Positions 29,448 through 39,639 of a stretch of DNA of 64,000 nt are shown here, in pieces. Location: the NCBI GenBank assembly GCA_963662585.1, contig OY759729.1:2016001-2080000 (forward strand). Reading direction: 5' to 3'. The stretch comes from Candidatus Cloacimonadales bacterium (GTDB lineage Bacteria; Cloacimonadota; Cloacimonadia; Cloacimonadales; JAFGVF01). The position numbers and the translations under genes were made by a program. Under the pieces are notes generated by a model that was not told the origin of the DNA, did no database searches, and saw only the letters and a list, made by a program, of their open reading frames with translations. Positions within the stretch are counted from its first letter, which is position 1, and each line of letters opens with the position of its first letter.

Positions 29448-30083
29448 TTACGCTTTCCCCATAGTAAGTACAATAATCTTCTTAGGTTCAGCTTCTTTCA
29501 GTACTTTACAGCACTCTTCAACTGTTGAACCTGTAGTGAAGACATCATCTAACAAAATTACAGATTTATGTTTTAAGTCAATATTTTTCTTTAGTTTAAA
29601 AGCTCGCTCTATGTTTCCTACTCTTTTTTCATGTTCTAAAGTAGCTTGAGAAACTGTATAATTAACTCTTTCAATAATATTGCCATTATATTCACAGTTA
29701 AGAAGACTAGCGAGTTTTCTAGCAATTAAAGCTGCTTGATTATATCCTCTCTCTTTTTTTCTAACTGAATGTAAAGGTACTGCAGTTATAATATTTAAGT
29801 CAAGGATTAATTTTAACTTTTTTATCTGCTTATAAATTAACTCTGCAATAAAATCACTTATAGAGCTAAGATTATAGAATTTTAAGTTATGAATTAATGA
29901 GACTATTACCTCTCTATATTTAGCTATAGAGATTAAGTAGTCGTAAGATAATCCTTCAACTTTAGTAATAACCGGGATTAGATATTCAATTTTCTCTAAG
30001 CATTCCTCGCAAAGGTAATCTGTCTGTTTGGTAATCCTAATTCCACAATGAATACATACAGGCGGAAAGAGGAGATCAAGCAA
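29448..30083 (-). CDS. comF: ComF-family phosphoribosyltransferase-like protein
   Basis: LFPPVCIHC..CEEC Zn ribbon, VPLH..RGYNQA, LLDDVFTTGST; probable TTG start 30083. Confidence 0.88.
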   Translation of the reverse strand: MLDLLFPPVCIHCGIRITKQTDYLCEECLEKIEYLIPVITKVEGLSYDYLISIAKYREVIVSLIHNLKFYNLSSISDFIAELIYKQIKKLKLILDLNIITAVPLHSVRKKERGYNQAALIARKLASLLNCEYNGNIIERVNYTVSQATLEHEKRVGNIERAFKLKKNIDLKHKSVILLDDVFTTGSTVEECCKVLKEAEPKKIIVLTMGKA

Positions 30084-30762
30084 AGAATTTTTCAATAGAA
30101 GCGAAAATCTGGGAACCATCTTGAGAAAGAACTATATTTTCAGCAGCTCTTTCAGGATGAGGCATCATACCTAGTACATTCTTATTCTCATTTAGGATGC
30201 CAGCAATATTATCAAGAGCCCCGTTAGGATTGCTTTCTCTAGTAATTTGGCCTTTTTCATCACAGTATTTAAATGCTATAAGATTCTTATCTTGTAAGAG
30301 CTTAAGTCCATCATTATTAATAAAGTAGTTTCCTTCTTTATGGGCAATAGGAATATCAAGAGGCTTTCCAGGAGTCAACCCTTTGGTGAAAACTGAATCT
30401 TGATTAACAGAAGTTATAAATTGATGTTGGCAGATGAACTTTAAACTTTCATTCATCATTAGAGCTCCAGGAAGAAGTCCGATTTCTGTAAGGATCTGAA
30501 ATCCATTACAGATACCCATAACTAATCCACCCTTATGTGCAAACTTAATAACTTCAGCAATGACAGGAGAGAATTTAGCAATAGCACCACATCTTAAGTA
30601 GTCGCCGTAAGAGAATCCACCAGGGATAATTACGAGATCAGGGTTTTTCAGTTGAGTATCTTTATGCCAAACAAACTCAACTTGATGCCCTCTAATTTTA
30701 CTGATGTGAAAAGCATCATGATCACAGTTAGAACCGGGAAAAGTTATGACATTGATTCTCAT
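30076..30762 (-). CDS. purQ: FGAM synthase glutaminase subunit
   Basis: FPGSNCD, PGGFSYGDYLR, GICNGFQIL, GMMPHPER. Confidence 0.97.
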   Translation of the reverse strand: MRINVITFPGSNCDHDAFHISKIRGHQVEFVWHKDTQLKNPDLVIIPGGFSYGDYLRCGAIAKFSPVIAEVIKFAHKGGLVMGICNGFQILTEIGLLPGALMMNESLKFICQHQFITSVNQDSVFTKGLTPGKPLDIPIAHKEGNYFINNDGLKLLQDKNLIAFKYCDEKGQITRESNPNGALDNIAGILNENKNVLGMMPHPERAAENIVLSQDGSQIFASIEKFFA

Positions 30763-30764
30763 TA

Positions 30765-31022
30765 CTATTCTCCGGAAATAACTTCAAGGTTCCAAGAATA
30801 TGTCTCAGTATTAGGGTTAGCTAATATCTTTTCGCAAATTTCATGGATTTCTTTCTCAGCTGCATCTAAATCATTACTGTTCAATTTAACTTCGATAAAC
30901 TTACTAACTCTAACTTCTTCAATGTCCTTATATCCGATAGAGTGAAGAGAGTTCATCACTTGCTTGCCTTGTGGGTCAAGTACGCTTGGTTTTAGGGTAA
31001 CGAATACTTTTGCTTTAATCAT
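30765..31022 (-). CDS. purS: FGAM synthase PurS subunit
   Basis: VTLKPSVLDPQG, LANPNTETY. Confidence 0.95.
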   Translation of the reverse strand: MIKAKVFVTLKPSVLDPQGKQVMNSLHSIGYKDIEEVRVSKFIEVKLNSNDLDAAEKEIHEICEKILANPNTETYSWNLEVISGE

Positions 31023-31095
31023 ATTATCCTCTTGTTTAATTTATATTTAATATCATCATAAAATTTATAGTTGAAATTTGTGTCAAGATAGTTAT

Positions 31096-32763
31096 CTACC
31101 TAACACTTCTTAATGCTTGAGCAATGTTAAGAGAATAATCACCAATATGCTCGAAGTGTCTTAATAAATCAATATATAGAAGTTCTGCCTGAATATCTGA
31201 TTTCCCAGTAGTAATTCTTTCTCGGGCATTATGTTTGTACTTTTTCCTGATATTATTGATTTCATTTTCGATATCATAAGCTTGTTTTAGGTCGTCTCTT
31301 TTCATGTGTTCTAACATTTTAGCATTGTAGAGTGACATAAACTCTTTAACTGCTTTTGCAATATCGTTAATTTCTTGGGTAGCTTCAGGATGCATTTGAA
31401 GTTTTCGGTCATATTTCTTCTTAGTAATTAACATAATTCTAAGTACCGAATCGCCGATTCCTTCCAGTTCATGCACAATTCTTATCATAGCATTAATATT
31501 TTTAGCATAAGTATCTGTTAATGCTTCTTCTGAACAGAGGGTTAGGAAGTTAGTTATTTCTCTTTGCATCTGATCAGTAAGTTTTTCTTGATTAGCTATT
31601 TTCTCTACTTCATCTCCTAACTTTTTGTGAGGGTTGAAGAAGAGATGTAAAGAAGTGTCAAACATATCTTCACAAATTCTAGCTAATTTGAATATCTCTT
31701 GTCTGGCTTGCTCAAGATTGAAAGTGGTTGGATCTACTCTACCTGATTGCAGATAGATAAGTTTGTACTCTGTATTCAAGTCATTCTTGTTAGGTTTAAC
31801 TATTTTCTCAACTGCAATGGCGAAGTATTTTACTAGCCAAATACAAATAAGGGTGTTAATAACATTGAAGGCTGTATGAAAGAGACTTAGTTTAAGTGGT
31901 AAATTAATCTGAGTATTTTCCCAAGGAGAGATCCAATCGATGAAATGAATAAAATAGACAAATACAAAAGTCATCCACAGTACACCAAAGAGGTTGAAAA
32001 GTAAGTGGGCTCGAGCTGTTCTACGAGCGTTGACTGTAGTGCCTATTGAGGCCAAGTATGCAGTAATTGTAGTACCTATGTTTTCACCTAAAACAATCAT
32101 TGAAGCAGTAGGGAAATCAATCCAGCCTTTATAGGCCATGGTAACTGTAATAGCCATAGCTGCACTTGATGATTGGACAGCAATAGTTAAACCTGCCCCT
32201 AAGAGAACAAATATTACATAGGAGAGAAATCCTTTACCCGTAAAGTCTTTAACAAATTCAAATATTTCAGGATGAGCGCTCATATCTGGCACAGAATCCT
32301 TAAGGAAGGATAGTCCTAGAAATAACAAACCAAAACCAATAAAGACTTCTGCCCACTCCCTTTTTAGTTTGCTTTTAGCAAAGAAGAGAGGTAAGCCAAT
32401 ACCTATCATAGGTAAGGCGATAACTTGAATCTTGAATTTAAAACCTACAAAGGCAACAATCCAAGTTGTAACAGTAGTACCAATATTGGCACCCATAATA
32501 ACCCCGATAGATTGTAGCAAGGTTAATAATCCGGCATTAACAAAACTCACGACCATAACAGTTGTTGCTGATGATGATTGAATTAATGCTGTGATTAAAA
32601 AACCAGTCATCACTGCCATAAATCGATTCTTGGTCATATAATTAAGAATAGATTTCATTTTTTCGCCGGCAACTTTATGAATACCATCACTCATAACTTT
32701 CATACCGTACAGAAATACACCAAGGGAACCTAATAAATTAAAAATTAGTAATATAGAGTTCAT
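31096..32763 (-). CDS. Na+/phosphate cotransporter (NptA/YjbB family) with PhoU domains
   Basis: Two QSSS motifs with GANIGTT/GENIGTT; C-terminal ELEGIGD/EHIGD PhoU-like repeats. Confidence 0.92.
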   Translation of the reverse strand: MNSILLIFNLLGSLGVFLYGMKVMSDGIHKVAGEKMKSILNYMTKNRFMAVMTGFLITALIQSSSATTVMVVSFVNAGLLTLLQSIGVIMGANIGTTVTTWIVAFVGFKFKIQVIALPMIGIGLPLFFAKSKLKREWAEVFIGFGLLFLGLSFLKDSVPDMSAHPEIFEFVKDFTGKGFLSYVIFVLLGAGLTIAVQSSSAAMAITVTMAYKGWIDFPTASMIVLGENIGTTITAYLASIGTTVNARRTARAHLLFNLFGVLWMTFVFVYFIHFIDWISPWENTQINLPLKLSLFHTAFNVINTLICIWLVKYFAIAVEKIVKPNKNDLNTEYKLIYLQSGRVDPTTFNLEQARQEIFKLARICEDMFDTSLHLFFNPHKKLGDEVEKIANQEKLTDQMQREITNFLTLCSEEALTDTYAKNINAMIRIVHELEGIGDSVLRIMLITKKKYDRKLQMHPEATQEINDIAKAVKEFMSLYNAKMLEHMKRDDLKQAYDIENEINNIRKKYKHNARERITTGKSDIQAELLYIDLLRHFEHIGDYSLNIAQALRSVR

Positions 32764-32791
32764 TAGAACAAAATCCTTTATTTAATATTTT

Positions 32792-32821
32792 AAAAAAAAG
32801 GCAACCCGTCAAAGGGCTGCC
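32792..32821 (-). terminator. Terminator after hisS
   Basis: GGCAGCCC..GGGTTGCC followed by T-run on minus strand. Confidence 0.65.
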
Positions 32822-32827
32822 AAAGGT

Positions 32828-34087
32828 TTAAGACTTTATAAGTGCAGAAAGTTCTGCAGGCGAAACATCTACCTGTTTTCTATCCTGTAAATTTTTGAGA
32901 GTGACAACCCCTCTCTCTAACTCATCTTCACCCATGATAATGGCATATCTAGCTTGAACTTTATCAGCAGCTTTCATTTGAGCTTTTAGAGAAGTTTTCT
33001 CCGGATCATATTCTACGGAGATATCTTCATTTCTTAGTAAACTGATAATTTTAGCAACTTGTGCCTGGGCTTTTTCACCAATAGCAACAATAAATACTTG
33101 AGGAATAACTTCATTTCCTGAGAATAAATTTTCTAATTCCATTGAGAGAAGTAATCTTTCGAAACCGCCAGCAAATCCGATACCTGGCAGAGATTTTCCT
33201 CCTATCTGTTCGACTAATCCGTTATACCTTCCTCCTGCTCCAATAGCATTTTGAGCACCTAATTTGTGGTTGAGGAATTCGAAAGCGGTATGTGTGTAAT
33301 AATCTAAACCTCTAACGATTTTAGGATTAACAGAATAAGGTACTTGGAACTGGTCTAAATACTTCTTTACTTGTTCAAAATGACTAGAACATTCTTCATC
33401 TAAATAATCTAACATTACAGGAGCATCTTTTCCAATTTCCTGACAAGTCTTTACTTTGCAATCAAGTAATCTTCTAGGTTTTTTATCTAATCTAGTTTGG
33501 CAATCATAGCATAAAGACTCTTTGTGAGGCCTAAAATATTCAGTTAAAGCTTGATCATATCTTTCTGCCACTCTTGCATTTCCAACACTGTTTATTTCTA
33601 CTTCAAAATCAGTAAGTCCTAATTTCTTAACAAAGGTATAAAAGAGAGCAATAACTTCAGCATCTACGAAAGGATGATTACTTCCAATAGCTTCTACACC
33701 ATATTGATAGAATTGACGATAGCGTCCTTTTTGTGGTCTATCATATCTGAACATAGGTCCTGTATAGAAAAGTTTCTGAATACCTGTTTGAGCATTTAAA
33801 TTATTTTCTACAAAACTTCTTACAACTGGGGCAGTTCCCTCAGGTCTGAGAGCAAAAACTCTTCCCTTCTTGTCAGTGAATTTATACATCTCTTTAGAAA
33901 CAATATCAGAAGTCTCACCAGAACTTCTTTCAAAGAGATCTGCTTCTTCAAAAATAGGTGTAACTATCTCTTTGAAGTTAAATAACTTGGCTGTATTCTT
34001 AAATACATTTATTATGTATTCCCATTTATAGCTTACATCGGGCAAAATATCATAAGTCCCGCGAGGGAGATTATATTTTGAACTCAC
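32828..34087 (-). CDS. hisS: Histidyl-tRNA synthetase
   Basis: PRGTYD, LRPEGTA, FRYDRPQKGRYRQF, VRGLDYY, GGRY. Confidence 0.97.
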   Translation of the reverse strand: MSSKYNLPRGTYDILPDVSYKWEYIINVFKNTAKLFNFKEIVTPIFEEADLFERSSGETSDIVSKEMYKFTDKKGRVFALRPEGTAPVVRSFVENNLNAQTGIQKLFYTGPMFRYDRPQKGRYRQFYQYGVEAIGSNHPFVDAEVIALFYTFVKKLGLTDFEVEINSVGNARVAERYDQALTEYFRPHKESLCYDCQTRLDKKPRRLLDCKVKTCQEIGKDAPVMLDYLDEECSSHFEQVKKYLDQFQVPYSVNPKIVRGLDYYTHTAFEFLNHKLGAQNAIGAGGRYNGLVEQIGGKSLPGIGFAGGFERLLLSMELENLFSGNEVIPQVFIVAIGEKAQAQVAKIISLLRNEDISVEYDPEKTSLKAQMKAADKVQARYAIIMGEDELERGVVTLKNLQDRKQVDVSPAELSALIKS

Positions 34088-34198
34088 TAAAATACCTCTT
34101 TATTTTTTTTGTCATAATTTTGAGTTATGAAAAATCGTCAATTATTATTCTTTGATGGCCAGAATAATAAGTCGTTACGCATTTAGATAGGGGAAATC

Positions 34199-36796
34199 TT
34201 AACTACTATAATTAACAAGAGCGTTTATCAGATCTTGTAATTTTATTGGTTTATAGAGGATCGTATATTTAATTCCCTTAATTTTATTAGTAATGTCTTC
34301 ATCAAGAATGGTTCTAGTCATAATGACAAGGGAAATTTTTTGTTCAATAATTTCTTTCTTATGATTTTGTATGAACTCTTCAAATCCTGAGTTATAGTCA
34401 AAGAAGATGAAGTCATATTGTTTGCCTGGGTTATTGTACTTATGATAGAATTGATAGTTAGGCATTGTTTTAACATCAATATTATACTTGCTGAGTGTTT
34501 GAATAATGAATTTTTGGCTTCCTAAGTCCTCATCTATTATTAGAAGGTGCTTTTGCTTGATATTATCAATATCTGATATGTGAAGCATAGTTTGAGTTTC
34601 ATTGAAAACACTCATATCATAATCTAAGTAAAAAAATACTGTTGTCCCTTCATTCTCAGTAGAAGTTAACCAAATATTACCACCCATTTTTGAAATCAAA
34701 TTTCTACAAATAGCCAATCCAACTCCAATTCCAGAATTATTACTTTTTTTATCGGATCTAGCGCCAAAGTTGAACTTATTAAATGCCTCTCTTTGTTCAT
34801 CCTGGTTCATGCCAACTCCTGTATCTTTTATGTAAAAGATTATTTTACCATCATTAGGGTGAGTATAACCACACTCAATTATTCCACTTTGAGTAAATTT
34901 TATAGCATTTCCCAGAATTTCTTGAAAAACTAAAGCAAAATAGTCTTTATCATTGAAGAGGATATCTTTTCCTTCGGATAAGGAAAAATAATTAATCAAC
35001 TTGATATTTTGATTTCTCTCTTTTATCATAACTTGCATAGAATTTGTGATTTTTCTAATGCATTTATTTAGAGAAAACTCTTGATTATTAAGAATTCTAG
35101 TGTTGTTATTTAAATCGGAGTAGATTAATATTTTCTCTATTTGAGTAAGTAACTTATCTGAATTCAATCTGATAATCTTCTTAAACTTTTCTTTTTGTTG
35201 AAGAGTTAAATCCTGATTATCTAATAAGAGTTGCTCGAATCCTTTTTTTACATTAAGGGGATCTCTAATTTCTCTTACAAAGTTATCAATCAAGTTATTT
35301 GCTTCATGAACTCTATTCTCAGCTTCATCTTTAAGTTTTTTCATAGTTCTTAATTCTTGCTTATTAATTGAACTATCCATAAATTGAAGGTAAGATATTT
35401 CTTGGTCATCATTAAGGTAATTTAAAGATACAAGATAGGTAGGGAAAGTAATTTTGTCTGTATTAAAGTCAATTTCATAAATATTAGTATAGTACTCATA
35501 TTCTTTTTGACCTAAGATGTCATTAATTTTAGCAGGGAAAAAGTCTGTAACTTTGGAGTGATTTTTGATGACAGAATCCCTGAAATCAGATTTTGCAACT
35601 TTATGGTTATAGTCTAAAATCTTTCCTGTTTTGGTGTCAACAATGAAAATGAATTGCTGAGATTTGTTAAATATATTAGAAAAGATATCCTTCTGCTTTT
35701 TTAGTTCTTTGAGGATTTTTTTATTTCTATATAAGGTATAAATATACACAATGAATAAAACAATTATAGAGAAAAGAAGTACTTTTTTCACAATATCAAT
35801 CATGTATTTATTACTAGCATTCATTTCTTCACTAACTATTATCTCTGCATCTTTTTTATACTGTTGAATATCAATTTTATAGCTATCAGCTAAGGCTTTA
35901 TTAAAAAACATTCTATAAAAGTTTAAATCTGAAAAATCTACCTGCTCAACAGGCATACTATTGAGGATAAGCATTATTTTTATAGACAACTGCTTGACCA
36001 TATTATCTACATCAAGATAGAAACCTCCGACCACTTCCGCAGTATCATCTTTCTCATATAGGGTATAAATTGGCAAATCTAGTGCTTTATTTAGGAGCAT
36101 GACTTGTTCTCTAAAATCCTTACTTTTTGATGAAGCATCGTGATATGCAGATAGAAGTAGGATTACACTTTTTTTCTTTGAGTAATATTCAAATTTTTTA
36201 ATATCACTATAATTCAATTTTGTAAAGTCAACATAAATTACTTGGTCTAAAAATATCCCAGTTGAATCAATATATGCCTTAATATCTTGCTTTAAAGTCT
36301 GGCCTCTATTACTAGCATCGGAAACTATTAAAAGGTGTTCTAAATCTTTATGTAGATTGTTGATAATATCAAGCTGAGTGTCGAAAGGAGGTAAGTAAGC
36401 AATTTCTCCAAATATATCTAAACCTAGAATAGTAGTCTTTGGGAAGATCTCTTCCCCATAATCAATACATAAATCCATAGCTTTTTTGTTAAAAGAAATC
36501 ACTAAATCAAATTTATTATTTTCACCATATTTAAGCTTGAGGAACTTAATATAAGTCTCTTCATCTTTATTAAACACACTATTATTATCTCCAATGTATT
36601 CTGCCTCTACTTTAATGTTGTTGGGGCGAAGCACTTTCTCAAAGCTCATGAAGATATTTCGGTTTACCAAAAAATCATGAGAACCTGAAAATAAGATTAA
36701 GACACTTTGATTTTCATTGCCTTGAGAGGCTTGGGCAAAGAGATTATAGCTTAACAATGTTAATATTAAGAAGATTAGATATTTTATTCTATTCAT
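34199..36796 (-). CDS. Hybrid sensor histidine-kinase-like protein (periplasmic domain, TM, PAS-like, HisKA lacking His, HATPase, receiver)
   Basis: N box ILGNAIKFT, G1 DTGVGM, G2 GIGVGLAI; H-box reads FVREIRDPLN; receiver LLIIDED..FFD..KPI. Confidence 0.85.
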   Translation of the reverse strand: MNRIKYLIFLILTLLSYNLFAQASQGNENQSVLILFSGSHDFLVNRNIFMSFEKVLRPNNIKVEAEYIGDNNSVFNKDEETYIKFLKLKYGENNKFDLVISFNKKAMDLCIDYGEEIFPKTTILGLDIFGEIAYLPPFDTQLDIINNLHKDLEHLLIVSDASNRGQTLKQDIKAYIDSTGIFLDQVIYVDFTKLNYSDIKKFEYYSKKKSVILLLSAYHDASSKSKDFREQVMLLNKALDLPIYTLYEKDDTAEVVGGFYLDVDNMVKQLSIKIMLILNSMPVEQVDFSDLNFYRMFFNKALADSYKIDIQQYKKDAEIIVSEEMNASNKYMIDIVKKVLLFSIIVLFIVYIYTLYRNKKILKELKKQKDIFSNIFNKSQQFIFIVDTKTGKILDYNHKVAKSDFRDSVIKNHSKVTDFFPAKINDILGQKEYEYYTNIYEIDFNTDKITFPTYLVSLNYLNDDQEISYLQFMDSSINKQELRTMKKLKDEAENRVHEANNLIDNFVREIRDPLNVKKGFEQLLLDNQDLTLQQKEKFKKIIRLNSDKLLTQIEKILIYSDLNNNTRILNNQEFSLNKCIRKITNSMQVMIKERNQNIKLINYFSLSEGKDILFNDKDYFALVFQEILGNAIKFTQSGIIECGYTHPNDGKIIFYIKDTGVGMNQDEQREAFNKFNFGARSDKKSNNSGIGVGLAICRNLISKMGGNIWLTSTENEGTTVFFYLDYDMSVFNETQTMLHISDIDNIKQKHLLIIDEDLGSQKFIIQTLSKYNIDVKTMPNYQFYHKYNNPGKQYDFIFFDYNSGFEEFIQNHKKEIIEQKISLVIMTRTILDEDITNKIKGIKYTILYKPIKLQDLINALVNYSS

Positions 36797-36913
36797 TTTT
36801 TCCTCATTTAATAACTAATATTTAGTTTTATTAATAACTTGTAAAGTATTTTTTTATTTTTCTTTCATATAATCCATAAATAGACAAATTCAATAATTAA
36901 CTAAAAGTTTTCG

Positions 36914-36942
36914 TTGACACATTTATCACTGTTTTAAATAAT
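36914..36942 (+). promoter_or_regulatory. Putative sigma70 promoter of serA
   Basis: TTGACA-N17-AATAAT. Confidence 0.5.
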
Positions 36943-36981
36943 ATAACAATGTAAAATAAAAAAAATAGATAGGAGTACAAC

Positions 36982-37908
36982 ATGTCAGTTAAAGTATTAG
37001 TAGCTACAGATAAACCTTTTGCTCCAGTAGCAGTTAAAGGTATTCAAGAAGTGTGTAAAGAAGCAGGATTTGAGTGTATATTGTTAGAAAAATATGCAGC
37101 TCAAGCTGATTTTGTTAATGCTGTAAAAGATGTTGATGCTGTTATTATCCGTAGTGATAAAGCAACAAAAGAAGTTATTGATAATGGAGATAACTTAAAA
37201 ATTATAGTTCGTGCAGGTGCTGGTTATGATAATATTGATTTAGAAGCAGCCACAGCTAAAGGTGTTGTTGCTATGAACACTCCAGGCCAAAACTCTAATG
37301 CAGTTGCTGAATTAGCTTTCGGAATGATGCTCTACAGTGCAAGAAATTTCTTCACACCAAAAGCAGGTACAGAGTTAAAAGAAAAGACAATCGGTATTCA
37401 TGCTTATGGTAATGTCGGACGCTTTGTTGCTAAAATAGCTAAAGGTTTTGGTATGACTGTTAAAGCTTTTGATCCATTTATCTGCAGTTGCAAAATGGAA
37501 GAAGATGGAGTTATCCCTGTGAGCACAGTTGAAGAATTATATTCAACTTGTGATTATATCTCTCTTCATATTCCTGCTAACGACAAAACTAAAAACTCAA
37601 TCAATGCTTCTCTTTTCAATATTATGAAAGCTGATGCTGTTTTAGTAAATACTGCTCGTAAAGAAGTTATTCATGAAGATGACTTAAAGAAAGCATTTGC
37701 AGAAAAGCCAAAATTCAAATATCTTACTGATATTGCACCTGTATGTGATGCAGAATTAAAAGAGCAATATGCAGATAGATATTTTGCTACATCCAAGAAA
37801 ATGGGTGCTCAAACTAATGAAGCAAACATTAATGCAGGAATGGCTGCAGCTAAACAAATCGTTGCTTTTATCAAAGATGGTAATAGAACATTCCAAGTTA
37901 ATAAATAA
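36982..37908 (+). CDS. serA: D-3-phosphoglycerate dehydrogenase, short Lys-type (type IIIK-like)
   Basis: IIRSD, RAGAGYDNID, MNTPGQNSNAVAE, VNTAR, ATSKKMGAQT. Confidence 0.8.
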   Translation: MSVKVLVATDKPFAPVAVKGIQEVCKEAGFECILLEKYAAQADFVNAVKDVDAVIIRSDKATKEVIDNGDNLKIIVRAGAGYDNIDLEAATAKGVVAMNTPGQNSNAVAELAFGMMLYSARNFFTPKAGTELKEKTIGIHAYGNVGRFVAKIAKGFGMTVKAFDPFICSCKMEEDGVIPVSTVEELYSTCDYISLHIPANDKTKNSINASLFNIMKADAVLVNTARKEVIHEDDLKKAFAEKPKFKYLTDIAPVCDAELKEQYADRYFATSKKMGAQTNEANINAGMAAAKQIVAFIKDGNRTFQVNK

Positions 37909-37925
37909 TCTTAACAAATAATATC

Positions 37926-37966
37926 AAAAGAGGGGATTTCGCAAGAAGTTCCCTCTTTTCTTTTTT
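37926..37966 (+). terminator. Terminator after serA
   Basis: AAAAGAGGG...CCCTCTTTT followed by T-run. Confidence 0.7.
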
Positions 37967-38067
37967 CTTATTTAAAAAAATACTCTTAGTGATTTATCAC
38001 TGGACAAGTAAATGATTTCCTTGAATTTTGATTTGGTATGATTTAAAATGATTCATGAGGGATAAGT

Positions 38068-38646
38068 ATGAAAAGAACATTGATATTTTTAATAATGTCG
38101 TTAACACTATTAAATGTCTGGGGGAAGAGTCCGCAAGAGTTTATTGATTCTGCTTTTGCTCAAGAAAAAACTAATATCAACACTGCTTTTAAAATAATGA
38201 AGAGTGCCAGAAATGAGTATCCAAACAATCCTGATATTCTAAGCGTTTATGGCTATATGGCAGGATTAGAAGCCAAAGAGACCTATATGATAAGGGCTGC
38301 AATTCTAGCTTCTAATGCTATCTCAGCTTTTGATGATGCTTTGGAGATAGATCCAGAACACAAAAATGCTAGAATGTGGCGAGGTATCCTTAAAATCAAT
38401 ATGCCCTCTTTTTTGGGAAAAGTTCCTGATGGTATCTTAGATTTAGAAAATATTGAAGATCGAGCTGATTTAACGGAAGAAGATTATATTATGGTTAAGT
38501 TCTTTTTGGGAATGGGCTATGGTAAGGCACAACGCTATGAGGAAGCTATATCTTCTTTTGAAAAGGTTATTGCTTTAGGAAAAAATGATGATTATCATAA
38601 AGAGAGTATTATGAGAATTGAGAGAATTCTAAAAGAAAAAGAATAG
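38068..38646 (+). CDS. Exported TPR-containing protein
   Basis: Signal peptide; ALEIDPEH and LGMGYGKAQRYEEAISSFEK TPR-like helices. Confidence 0.8.
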   Translation: MKRTLIFLIMSLTLLNVWGKSPQEFIDSAFAQEKTNINTAFKIMKSARNEYPNNPDILSVYGYMAGLEAKETYMIRAAILASNAISAFDDALEIDPEHKNARMWRGILKINMPSFLGKVPDGILDLENIEDRADLTEEDYIMVKFFLGMGYGKAQRYEEAISSFEKVIALGKNDDYHKESIMRIERILKEKE

Positions 38647-38686
38647 CTCTTCTTTGGTCTCTCTATACACTCTCTATGCACACTCC

Positions 38687-38754
38687 CTCCTTCTAGTTAC
38701 TCATTGCACATAAACATCAATAAAGAATTGAGACTAGTGAGAAGGAGCATGGGA
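38687..38754. repeat. Degenerate copy of dispersed CTCCTTCT...AGAAGGAGCA hairpin
   Basis: CTCCTTCTAG...AGTGAGAAGGAGCATGGGA; right arm matches the 54172 hairpin. Confidence 0.55.
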
Positions 38755-38953
38755 CGAGCATTAAAAGTTCAGGGCAAGTGAAAAGGAATTAGAAAGAAGC
38801 ATGATAAATCTCTCTTAAATGACTAATATTAACCAGGAAAATATGTAATTTCTTAAAAAAATACTATACATTATTAAAATGAATTACTCTTTTCTTGACA
38901 TGATTTATCAAAAATATAATATGAATAAAAATAACATAAATGGAATAGAATTA

Positions 38954-39601
38954 ATGCAGACTGATAGAAAAGTAGATCATATATTATTTGATTTTGATGG
39001 GACAATAGCCAATACAATGCCTTTAGGGTTTGAATTATATAATGAAATAGCAGACCAGTATAACTTTATTAGTGCTGAGGATTCCGAATTACCTCAACTA
39101 ATGAATATGTCTATAGCTGAGATTCTTAAACTTAAGAATATTCCCCTCTATATGGTACCAATAGCTCTTTATAATGTTAAAAAAAAGATGAAAAAGAGAT
39201 TGTCGGAAGTTAAACCTTTTGATGGGATTAAAGATTTTCTTTATAATTTAAAGAATGCAGGTTATCACCTATCTATTATTTCGTCAAATTCCAAAGAGAA
39301 TATGATTAAGTTCTTTGAAATGAATAATATGGAAGTATTTAATTATATCTATTCCTCTACTTCACTATTCGGTAAAGATAAACTAATCAAACATTATCTT
39401 AAGGCTGTAAAAACTACTTCTGACAAGGTTATTTATGTTGGAGATGAAATCCGTGATATAGATTCTGCAAAAGCTTCGAATATCAAGGTTATAGGAGTTA
39501 CTTGGGGCTATAACGATAAAGAGCTTTTAATCAAACATAATCCTGATTATTTGGTTGAATCAGTCTCTGCTCTTCAAGATATTCTCATCCCTAAGCTATA
39601 A
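38954..39601 (+). CDS. HAD-superfamily hydrolase (phosphoglycolate phosphatase-like)
   Basis: FDFDGTIA, ISSN, YVGDEIRD, GVTWGY; a promoter-like TTGACA at 38895 favours the start at 38954. Confidence 0.88.
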   Translation: MQTDRKVDHILFDFDGTIANTMPLGFELYNEIADQYNFISAEDSELPQLMNMSIAEILKLKNIPLYMVPIALYNVKKKMKKRLSEVKPFDGIKDFLYNLKNAGYHLSIISSNSKENMIKFFEMNNMEVFNYIYSSTSLFGKDKLIKHYLKAVKTTSDKVIYVGDEIRDIDSAKASNIKVIGVTWGYNDKELLIKHNPDYLVESVSALQDILIPKL

Positions 39602-39639
39602 TATATTACTTAATTACGAATACAAAATAGGATACAATT

